From: an uncultured Chloroflexia bacterium
Lineage (GTDB): Bacteria > Chloroflexota > Dehalococcoidia > SM23-28-2
Assembly: GCA_963701285.1 (NCBI GenBank)
Contig: OY969584.1
Location: 1,979,877-2,043,876 of the forward strand
Direction of reading: 5' to 3'
DNA: 64,000 bases
In this document: positions 56,773 to 64,000 of the stretch, piece after piece
How positions within the stretch are numbered: the first letter of the stretch is position 1
Layout of the letters: the number at the start of each line of letters is the position of its first letter
Made by a program: the position numbers and the translations under genes
The notes under the pieces: generated by a model
The model's input: the letters and a program-made list of their open reading frames with translations, nothing else
Told to the model about the DNA's origin: nothing
The model's database searches: none

Positions 56773-58118
56773 AGGTCTGTGTCATCGGTGGCGGCGTCGG
56801 TGGCCTGACGGCCGCCTACCGCCTGTGCCAGCGCGGCTTCCAGGTACACCTGCTGGAGGCCAGTCCCAGCCTGGGCGGCCTGGTGGGCATTTTCGAGATC
56901 GGCGGGAGCCGCATCGAGCATTTCTACCACCATATCTTCTCCACCGACACCACCATCGCCTCCCTGATCGACGAGCTGGGCCTAGGCGATCGCCTTGTTT
57001 GGCGGGAGTCGAAGGTGGGCATCTTCTACGACGGACGCATCTACAACTTCGTGACGCCTATGGACCTGATGCGCTTCACGCCGCTGCCCCTGGCCGACCG
57101 GATTCGCCTGGGCCTCGTGGGCCTCTACCTGCGCCGGCAGAACGACTGGCGCCGCTACGAGGGGGTGACCGCCGCCGACTGGATCAGGCGCTACGCCGGC
57201 CGCCGCAACTACGAGGTGGTCTGGGGCCCGCTGCTGCGGGGCAAGTTCGGCCTGCGCGCGGACGACGTAAGCATGGCCTGGTTTTGGAGCAAGATCCACC
57301 TGCGCTTCGCCTCGCGCAAGGGCGGCCCGCTCCAGAAGGAGCACCTCGGCTATCTGCTGGGCAGCTTCGGCCTGCTGGTCGACGTGCTGGCTGAGCGCAT
57401 CCGCGAGCTGGGCGGGGTTCTGGAGACGAACCGGCCGGTGCAACGCGTGGTGGTGGAGGAGGGGCGAGCGGTTGCCCTCGAGGTCGGTGGCGACAGACCC
57501 AAGCGCCTCGATTGCGACGCCGCGATCGCCACGGTGCCCAGCGGGGCCTTCCTCAGCATCGTGCCGGGCCTGCCGGACGAGTACGCCGCCAAGCTGAGCG
57601 CCGTACAGTACCAGTGGGCGTTGTGCCTGGTGCTGGCCCTCAAACACTCGCTCTCGTCCATTTACTGGATGAACATGAGCGACAGCAGCGCCCCCTTCCT
57701 GGCCCTCATCGAGCACACCAACTTCATCGAGCGCGAGCGCTACGGCGGCCGCCACGTCGTCTATCTGTCCAACTACCTGGACGAGGCGTCGCCGCTGCTG
57801 AAGATGGACATGGAAGAGCTCTGCCAGCTCTTCTTCCCCCATCTCCAGCGCGTCAACCCCGCCTTCTCCCAGGACTGGGTGGCCGACCGCTGGCTCTTCT
57901 GCGGTCCCTACGCCCAGCCCATCATCGGTACCCACTACTCCCGCTCCATCCCCGAGCAGCGGACGCCCATTTCGGGGTTGTACCTGGCGAACATGACCCA
58001 GATCTACCCCGAGGACCGCGGCCAGAACTACAGCATCCGCCTGGGGGACCAGGTGGCAGCCCTGGTCGCCGAGGATCTCCAGCTTGGCCAAGAGAAGCCC
58101 GTCTCCAGGCCGGCCTAG
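56769..58118 (+). CDS. NAD(P)/FAD-dependent oxidoreductase (amine-oxidase / phytoene-desaturase fold)
   Basis: GTG start overlapping the upstream stop (GTGA), GGGGGAGG 10 nt upstream; VKVCVIGGGVGGLTAAYRLCQRGFQVHLLEASPSLGG dinucleotide motif. Track ORF 55869..58118 is an out-of-frame extension. Confidence 0.75.
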   Translation: MKVCVIGGGVGGLTAAYRLCQRGFQVHLLEASPSLGGLVGIFEIGGSRIEHFYHHIFSTDTTIASLIDELGLGDRLVWRESKVGIFYDGRIYNFVTPMDLMRFTPLPLADRIRLGLVGLYLRRQNDWRRYEGVTAADWIRRYAGRRNYEVVWGPLLRGKFGLRADDVSMAWFWSKIHLRFASRKGGPLQKEHLGYLLGSFGLLVDVLAERIRELGGVLETNRPVQRVVVEEGRAVALEVGGDRPKRLDCDAAIATVPSGAFLSIVPGLPDEYAAKLSAVQYQWALCLVLALKHSLSSIYWMNMSDSSAPFLALIEHTNFIERERYGGRHVVYLSNYLDEASPLLKMDMEELCQLFFPHLQRVNPAFSQDWVADRWLFCGPYAQPIIGTHYSRSIPEQRTPISGLYLANMTQIYPEDRGQNYSIRLGDQVAALVAEDLQLGQEKPVSRPA

Positions 58119-58257
58119 CGCCCTGGCCGGTGGCGACGCCAACGCCGCAGACGCCGACACCAAGCGGCGCCACGAGAGCATCTGGCAGGAGTTCCTCCGC
58201 CGCCCGGCCGTATTCGTTCTCAACCCGCGCATCTTCAGCACTCCGGGAGTCGTCGCC

Positions 58258-58833
58258 ATGCTGAGCGTTCAGGCGCCGGTCGCCGACCCCGCAGTCGGTC
58301 AGCGCCTGCGCGACCTGATGGCGGGCCTGCAGCACATCCCCTGCATCGAGCCCTTCCCCGACCGCCAGTGGCACCTGACCATCGTCCCGCCGGCCCTGCT
58401 GACGACGGAGAACCCGCGACCGCCCCTCCTCCTGCCCGATGGTTTCCAGCGCGACGCCCTACAGCCCATGAGAGAGGCGGCGCGTGGTTATGGCCCCTTC
58501 GAGGTGCGCCTCCAGGGACTGAATGTGTTCCAGCATGTCCTAGTGGCCGAGGCCTACGACGGAGGCCATATGGCAGAGCTGCGCCGGCGACTCATCGTGG
58601 CGGTGCCCCAGTTCCCCGAGAAGTACTGGAATGTGCTGTCTCCTCTTCCCCACGTGTCGCTGGCCCGGTTCACGTGCACGGAAGGGGTCTCGCCGCTACG
58701 CGACGCCCTGACCCAGCGGCGAGACGTCTACCTGGGAACGCTACGGGTGACACACGTCGACCTGGTGCGGACGCCACTGCGAGAGGGCGTCTTCGGCGAG
58801 GCGGAGAAAGAGGCCATACCGCTATCCGGATAG
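58258..58833 (+). CDS. 2H phosphoesterase superfamily protein (LigT / 2'-5' RNA ligase-like)
   Basis: Two H-x-[TS]-x motifs (WHLTIVPP and PHVSLARF) at the expected spacing; about 190 aa from ATG 58258. Confidence 0.6.
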   Translation: MLSVQAPVADPAVGQRLRDLMAGLQHIPCIEPFPDRQWHLTIVPPALLTTENPRPPLLLPDGFQRDALQPMREAARGYGPFEVRLQGLNVFQHVLVAEAYDGGHMAELRRRLIVAVPQFPEKYWNVLSPLPHVSLARFTCTEGVSPLRDALTQRRDVYLGTLRVTHVDLVRTPLREGVFGEAEKEAIPLSG

Positions 58834-59092
58834 CGCTTCGAATGGTGCCGCTCATGGTGAGCCTGTCGAACCATGAGCGGAGGGGGAACAAGCGTCTATG
58901 CTGCGGGCTCCAGCAACAACCACTATCTGCCCTTGAACCCACGGTCGCAGCGGTCTATGATCGATAACGCATCGCACAATGAAGCTAGCCTACAGCAGCG
59001 TCAGAATTGTCTTTCACCCCGCCTCAAGGCGGGGGCGCAGATGTCGCCACGTTTGATCCAAGATTCCTTGCTAATCTAGGAAGGCCCGCCAC

Positions 59093-59587
59093 TTGACCGA
59101 GACCGCCGAGTCGCCGACGGAGCTGGAAGCTCTGGTGGCAGACCTCAAACCCGACGACGCCGGCCTCCTGGCCGTCCTTCATCGCATCCAGGAGGCGTAC
59201 GGGTACGTCCCGCCGGAGGCCATCCCTCTGCTGGCCACCAAGCTGCGGACCACGCCGGCCAGGGTCTTTGGCGCCATCTCCTTCTACTCGGAGATCCGCA
59301 CCGAGCCGCCGCCGCGTCTCGCTATCTCCTGGTGCAGCGGCCCGGCCTGCCGCCTGAAGGGCTCGGAGAATATCCGGCGGGCCATGGAGGCCATCCTCGG
59401 CATCGGTCTGGGCCAGAGCACGCCCGACCGGGCCCTGGGCCTGCGCCTGCACCAGTGCGATGGCACCTGCTCACTGGCGCCCCTCATCCGCCTGAACGGC
59501 CGCCCGCGCGGGCCGCTTACCGTCAGCGAGGCCATTCGCCTGGCGCGCGAGCTGCGCGAGCGAGGAAGAAACGGCCAGAAGACATGA
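59093..59587 (+). CDS. NuoE/HoxE-like thioredoxin-fold [2Fe-2S] protein
   Basis: Four Cys in the NuoE pattern (WCSGPAC ... CDGTCSLAP); TTG start; stop overlaps the next gene (ATGA). Confidence 0.7.
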   Translation: MTETAESPTELEALVADLKPDDAGLLAVLHRIQEAYGYVPPEAIPLLATKLRTTPARVFGAISFYSEIRTEPPPRLAISWCSGPACRLKGSENIRRAMEAILGIGLGQSTPDRALGLRLHQCDGTCSLAPLIRLNGRPRGPLTVSEAIRLARELRERGRNGQKT

Positions 59588-61464
59588 CCGCCTACAGCGA
59601 CCTGCGGGCCAAGGCCAACGAGGTGTGGCAGGCGGCCGAGACCCCGGCGCGGCCACGCATCGCCGTGGGTATCACCACCTGCAGTCGCGCCCGCGGTGCC
59701 GACGAGACGCTGGCTGCAATCCGGCGCGAGCTTGGCCAGCGCAAACTGGCGGCGGACGTGGTCGTAACCGGCTGCTGGGGGCTGTGCTATGCCGAGCCGA
59801 TGCTCGAGATCGCCAAGCCCAGCGGCCAGCGCGTGCTCTATCAGAACGTCACCGCCGACCGTGTGCCCCAGCTCATCGCCGAAGGGCTGGCGGGCGAGAG
59901 CGCCTGCCGCGACCTGGCCCTGGCCAGCCTCGGGCCGGTCTCCGTCGACGGCCTGCCCACTTTCGAGTCCCTCGATGTCGTTGCCCTCCAGACCCGCCGC
60001 CTCATGGCCAACTGTGGCGTCATCGAGCCGGAGAACATCGACCAGTACATCGCCCGCGGCGGCTATGAGGGACTGGCCAAGGCCCTAACCACGTCCCCCG
60101 AAGCCGCCATCAAGGAAGTGACCGATTCGGGCCTCTGGGGCCGCGGCGGCGCCGCCTTCCCCACCGGCCGCAAGTGGGAGTTCCTGGCCGGCGCCAAGGC
60201 CCAGCCCAAGTACATGGTCTGCAACGCCGACGAAGGCGATCCCGGCTCATTCGTCAACCGCACCCTCATGGAGAGCGACCCGCACTGCATCATCGAGGGC
60301 ATGATCATCGGCGCCTACGCCTGCGAGGCAAGCAACGGCTACATCTACATCCGCGAGGAGTACCCTCTCTGCGCCGAGCGGATGGAGACGGCTGTCCGTC
60401 AGGCGCGCGAGCGGGGCCTGCTCGGGCCGGACGTCCTGGGCAGCGGCCTGACCTGCGACATCGAGGTCGTGCGCGGGGCCGGCAGCTACGTCTGTGGCGA
60501 GGAGACGGGCCTCATCGCCTCCGTCGAGGACCGGCGGGGGATGCCCAAGATCCGCCCGCCCTTCCCGGCTCAGGCCGGCGTCTTCGCCAAGCCCACCAAC
60601 GTCAACAACGTAGAGACCTACGCCAACGTGCCCCTCATTCTGCGCCACGGCGCCTCCTGGTACGCGGCGATGGGCACCGAGAAGAACAAGGGCACCAAGA
60701 TGTTCAGCCTATCGGGGCACATCCAGCGGGTGGCCGTGTTGGAGGTGCCCTTCGGCACGCCCCTGAACCGGCTCATCGACGCCTGCGGCGGCCTGCCCGA
60801 GGGCCGGACGCTGAAGGCGATCCAGCCCGGTGGCCCGCTAGGCGGCATTATCAGTGCTGCGCACGCCGACATAGCGCTGGAGCCGGAGCCCTTCCGCGAG
60901 CTAGGAGCGCTTTTGGGCAGCGGCGGCCTCATCATCTTCGACGATACCGCCTGCATCATCGACATGTGCCAGTACTTCGAGTGGTTCGCCGAGGATGAGT
61001 CCTGCGGGCGCTGCACCACCTGCCATGGCGGCACCCAGCGGATGGTGGAGGTCGTGCGGCGCATCGCCAACGGCGGCGGCCGCTCTTCGGACAAGGACAT
61101 CCTGCGCCTGCTGGGTGACACGATGCGCTGGTCCAACTGCGCCCACGGCACCGCCGCGCCCACGGTCGTGCTGAACATGCTGGCCGCTTTCCCCGAGGAA
61201 TACGAGGAGCACGTGGAGCGCAAGCGCTGCCCGGCGCACGTCTGCCGCGGCCTGATCCGCTACGAGATCACGGGCCCCAGCCCCAAGCTGCCGGAGGCGG
61301 CCGCCATCTGCCCCACGGCGGCCATTGTGCCGGCCGCTGGCCCAGCCGGCTACGTCATCGATCAGGCGCTGTGCATCAGGTGCGATGCCTGCCGCGAGAT
61401 CGCCCCCGAGGCGATCCAGGTGCTGGACGCCCTGGCCCAGCCGGCCGAAGCGCCGGCGAGCTGA
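59584..61464 (+). CDS. NuoF/HoxF-like NAD(P)H-binding FMN flavoprotein with N-terminal thioredoxin-like domain and C-terminal 2x[4Fe-4S] ferredoxin domain
   Basis: 626 aa from ATG 59584. GLWGRGGAAFPTG (FMN/NADH site), SGH loop, CGRCTTC, and C-terminal CIRCDAC cluster. The track ORF is N-extended. Confidence 0.85.
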   Translation: MTAYSDLRAKANEVWQAAETPARPRIAVGITTCSRARGADETLAAIRRELGQRKLAADVVVTGCWGLCYAEPMLEIAKPSGQRVLYQNVTADRVPQLIAEGLAGESACRDLALASLGPVSVDGLPTFESLDVVALQTRRLMANCGVIEPENIDQYIARGGYEGLAKALTTSPEAAIKEVTDSGLWGRGGAAFPTGRKWEFLAGAKAQPKYMVCNADEGDPGSFVNRTLMESDPHCIIEGMIIGAYACEASNGYIYIREEYPLCAERMETAVRQARERGLLGPDVLGSGLTCDIEVVRGAGSYVCGEETGLIASVEDRRGMPKIRPPFPAQAGVFAKPTNVNNVETYANVPLILRHGASWYAAMGTEKNKGTKMFSLSGHIQRVAVLEVPFGTPLNRLIDACGGLPEGRTLKAIQPGGPLGGIISAAHADIALEPEPFRELGALLGSGGLIIFDDTACIIDMCQYFEWFAEDESCGRCTTCHGGTQRMVEVVRRIANGGGRSSDKDILRLLGDTMRWSNCAHGTAAPTVVLNMLAAFPEEYEEHVERKRCPAHVCRGLIRYEITGPSPKLPEAAAICPTAAIVPAAGPAGYVIDQALCIRCDACREIAPEAIQVLDALAQPAEAPAS

Positions 61465-61703
61465 GGCTCCGGGCTCTCCGAAGCCACGTCCCCTCTCGGG
61501 CGGTCCAAAGGCTACCGCAACGCGGGCCTGAACCCGCGAGGCCCCACCCGCTATGTGCACCGCTCGTTCAGTTGCCCGTGACGGTTTCAACTACGGAGTT
61601 GAACCGACATTCCAGGGCCTGCGGTGAGGGCGCGCAATGGACTCCAGAGAGGGCGAGGGCCTGGTCCCGGTTCTGCGCGGAGCCTGCCGGGGTTCCGCGT
61701 GAC

Positions 61704-63341
61704 CTAGGGGCGCCGTGTCTTTGCCAGCACGAGGACAGCGCAGCCTGAGGCGGCGAGTGTCGCACCGATGCCGCACAACAGGAACGGCCAACGGGTACCA
61801 GGGCTCCGGGTCGGCCAGTCTCCGCCGCCCGCTGCCGGCAGTGTCCCTTGCGCCGGAAGGACGTAGACACGCCCCTGCCCAAGGTTGCTTGCCACATCCT
61901 CATAGCGCGCCCCCACGGCGATGTCCGCCTTGCCGTCGCCGTTGACGTCGCCCATCGCCAGCGAGTACCCGAAGCCGGCCCCCGCTTGCGGGAGGGGAGT
62001 GTTCAGCATCAGGGGCAAGGAACCATCGGCTCCCGAGAAGACGTAGGCGCGCCCCTGCTTGAGGTTAGTGCCGATACCCTCGAAGGGTGCCCCCACGATG
62101 ATGTCCGCTTTCCGGTCGCCGTTGACGTCATCCACAGCCACCGACAGGCCGAAGACAGCATCCAGTTGGGCGTTGGGGCTGTCCAACGTGAGAAGTAGCG
62201 AGCCGCCGGCGCCGGAGAACACATGCGCCGATCCCTTGTAGCGCTCCGACCCTCCAAAGAAAAGCCCGGGCTGACCCACTGCGATGTCCGCCCTCCCGTC
62301 GCCGTTGACGTCGCCTATCCCCACGGAGAAGCCGAGCCAGGCTTCAGGCTGAGGGTTCGGCGTGTCGACGGCGAAAAGTAGCGAGCCGTCAACGTTGGAG
62401 AAGACGTAGGCCCGTCCCTGCTGAAGATTGCTGCTCACATTCTCAAAGGGTGCCCCCACCGCGATGTCCGCTCTGCCGTCGCCATTGACGTCACCCGTGG
62501 CCAGGGAGTAGCCGAACCAGGCCGTCTGGGGGTTGGGGGTATCAAGCGTGAAGAGCACCGCCCCGTCGGCTCCTGAGAAGACGTATGCTCCTCCGCGACC
62601 CAACCCCTCCGCAGGCGCTCCTACGGCAATGTCCGCTCTCCCGTCGCCGTTGACGTCGCCCATGCTTATGGAGAAGCCGAAGGCACTCGGCCACTGTGGG
62701 CGGGGAGTATCCAGGGCAAAGAGCAGGGAGCCGTCGGCTCCGGAGAAGACATAGGCTCGCCCCTGCACGAGGCTAGTGCCCACCTCCTCGTAGGGTGCCC
62801 CCACCGCGATGTCCGCTCTGCCGTCGCCATTGACGTCACCCGTGGCCAGGGAGTAGCCGAACCAGGCCGTCTGGGGGTTGGGGGTATCAAGCGTGAAAAT
62901 CACGGAGCCATCGGCCCCCGAGAAGACGTAAACGCGCCCCTGCCCGTCGTTGCCGTTCACATTCTCCTTGGCCGTCCCCACGGCGATGTCCGCTTTGCCG
63001 TCGCCGTTGACGTCACCCATCGCCAGCGAGTACCCGAAGCCAGCCCCCGTTTGGGGGTTGGGGGTATCAAGCGTGAAAATCACGGAGCCATCGGCCCCCG
63101 AGAAGACGTAAACGCGCCCCTGCCCGTCGTTGCCGTTCACATTCTCCTTGGCCGTCCCCGCGGCGATGTCGGCTCTGCCGTCGCCGTTGACGTCGCCCAT
63201 CGCCAGCGAGGACCCGAACCAGGCCCCCGTCTGAGGGTTTGGAGTGCCCAGGGTGACCAACAGGGTTTGGGCATGGGCGGAGGCCAACACTGGCACCGCC
63301 AGCGCGGCCAGGGCCACAAGAAGCGTGCGGAGGGGCTTCAT
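61704..63341 (-). CDS. secreted FG-GAP/VCBS repeat beta-propeller protein with C-terminal membrane anchor (545 aa)
   Basis: Signal peptide MKPLRTLLVALAALAVPVLASA; about 8 repeats of ~60 aa each containing GDVNGDGRADIAVG Ca-binding loops; C-terminal hydrophobic helix plus basic tail. Confidence 0.8.
   Translation of the reverse strand: MKPLRTLLVALAALAVPVLASAHAQTLLVTLGTPNPQTGAWFGSSLAMGDVNGDGRADIAAGTAKENVNGNDGQGRVYVFSGADGSVIFTLDTPNPQTGAGFGYSLAMGDVNGDGKADIAVGTAKENVNGNDGQGRVYVFSGADGSVIFTLDTPNPQTAWFGYSLATGDVNGDGRADIAVGAPYEEVGTSLVQGRAYVFSGADGSLLFALDTPRPQWPSAFGFSISMGDVNGDGRADIAVGAPAEGLGRGGAYVFSGADGAVLFTLDTPNPQTAWFGYSLATGDVNGDGRADIAVGAPFENVSSNLQQGRAYVFSNVDGSLLFAVDTPNPQPEAWLGFSVGIGDVNGDGRADIAVGQPGLFFGGSERYKGSAHVFSGAGGSLLLTLDSPNAQLDAVFGLSVAVDDVNGDRKADIIVGAPFEGIGTNLKQGRAYVFSGADGSLPLMLNTPLPQAGAGFGYSLAMGDVNGDGKADIAVGARYEDVASNLGQGRVYVLPAQGTLPAAGGGDWPTRSPGTRWPFLLCGIGATLAASGCAVLVLAKTRRP
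62874..63159. repeat. near-perfect 180-bp tandem duplication inside the FG-GAP gene
   Basis: 62874-62979 and 63054-63159 are identical over ~106 bp (period 180 bp = one 60-aa repeat). Confidence 0.7.
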
Positions 63342-63700
63342 GTCGGCCGCCCTCGCCTCGTCCCCAGGCTGCCCAGCGCAAAGCGGTGGTCAAGCGAGGG
63401 CATGGCGTCGCTCGGGTCCGGGGCGGGTGGCTGTGCGGCCAGGGCGCGCTGAGGGCGCTCGGGCCACAATTGCATGGTGCCCGTGCCCACGGTATCAATT
63501 GCGGGCGAGATGCCCCGCTCGACGAGCGGCGCCGAATCCACCGCACCGTGATCTGGTCCAACGGTGAGGGTTAGGCCAACTGGTGGCGTCTGCTGACTCC
63601 ACCCCGGCGGTACCAGGTGAGGCCGACCAGCACCCTCGCATGCGAACGCGGGTACTCGCAGTATCGCCGTCGACACTAGAAACGCCGCGCGTCTCGTCAT
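63338..63700 (-). CDS. hypothetical small secreted protein (120 aa) translationally coupled to the FG-GAP gene
   Basis: Signal-like N-terminus MTRRAAFLVSTAILRVPAFA; its stop overlaps the FG-GAP ATG (ATGA). No family recognised. Confidence 0.35.
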   Translation of the reverse strand: MTRRAAFLVSTAILRVPAFACEGAGRPHLVPPGWSQQTPPVGLTLTVGPDHGAVDSAPLVERGISPAIDTVGTGTMQLWPERPQRALAAQPPAPDPSDAMPSLDHRFALGSLGTRRGRPT

Positions 63701-63963
63701 AGGTGCACTCCGATCGCTTTCCCCGAGCCAGGGAGACGCCCAGATTCTTGCACCATCCTCGCTCTCTTTGGGCCTCCCTCCGGTGGCAAGGTATCACGTT
63801 CAGCGAGGCGCTGCTTGACGCCAACCTTTCGCTTGCCTTGCGATTCCCCTTCGCCCGCACGTAGGCTGCATCCCCGGGAGCATTTCCACAAGACTCACCG
63901 CCGCCCCGTCGCGGTATAATAGACTCGTACCGCCCCAAGCCTTCGCTCCGGAGAGGAGCCCTC

Positions 63964-64000
63964 ATGCCGGCCGAGAACATCGTAGTGTACGGCGCCACCT
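63964..64000 (+). CDS. 5' end of an unidentified gene (MPAENIVVYGAT..., Rossmann-like start), partial
   Basis: ATG 63964 with GGAGAGGAG upstream and TATAAT at 63915-63920. Runs off the window. Confidence 0.4.
   Translation, partial: MPAENIVVYGAT

Noticed and set aside
59332-59583. N-terminal extension of the NuoF-like gene (track ORF 59332..61464)
   Set aside because: It overlaps the NuoE-like gene out of frame. ATG 59584 overlaps the NuoE stop and begins the homologous region.

Overview
This is a 64-kb window with very high GC (about 68-70% by eye). It is mostly a gene-dense housekeeping region of a bacterial chromosome. Several of the six-frame ORFs are spurious antisense or frame-shifted reading frames of real genes, which is typical of high-GC DNA.

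Genes I can support:
- Translation: pheS-pheT, an rplT-rpmI-infC block with a non-AUG infC start, thrS, lepA, ksgA, ftsY, tRNA-Val, tRNA-Lys, tRNA-Leu, and a Bacillus-type long SRP RNA (ffs).
- Lipid and isoprenoid metabolism: accC plus a biotin-carrier protein, and ispE.
- DNA and RNA: an exonuclease-DinG helicase, a PHP phosphoesterase, rnc, smc, the CCA-adding enzyme, and a LigT-like 2H phosphoesterase.
- Transport and other: two Opp/Dpp-type ABC ATPases, pirin, a RibD-C reductase, galU, an M20 peptidase, and a NuoE/NuoF-like flavoprotein pair.

The most unusual content is a two-part cluster of large polytopic membrane proteins.
- Four paralogs match, from memory, the poorly characterised chlor_Arch_YYY / DUF2298 family (SYYYFGH motif). 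Three are in tandem at 20.2-27.7 kb and one is at 48.1-50.7 kb.
- Two proteins resemble the equally uncharacterised partner family TIGR03663, which is PMT/ArnT-like. One of them carries a C-terminal NHL beta-propeller.
- Beside them sit a GtrA-like flippase, a GT2 polyprenyl-phosphate-sugar synthase, a flippase-like UPF0104 membrane protein and an FAD oxidoreductase. The two sub-operons sit behind near-identical TTGCCC-N18-TATAAT promoters.
- Together this looks like a self-contained GT-C-type glycosylation system driven by lipid-linked sugar, of unknown target. It points to a Chloroflexi/Thermomicrobia-like host.

Other points of note:
- A lower-GC islet of about 3.4 kb is bounded by 167-bp direct repeats. 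The upstream copy carries only the 5' half of tRNA-Lys and a decayed promoter; the downstream copy carries the intact tRNA-Lys. The islet holds decayed RHH-like coding fragments, a GC-rich 24-bp tandem repeat, a DUF1003 membrane protein and a dodecin, and no integrase.
- A T-box-like leader precedes thrS, immediately downstream of tRNA-Val.
- An FG-GAP beta-propeller surface protein contains perfectly homogenised 180-bp repeats.
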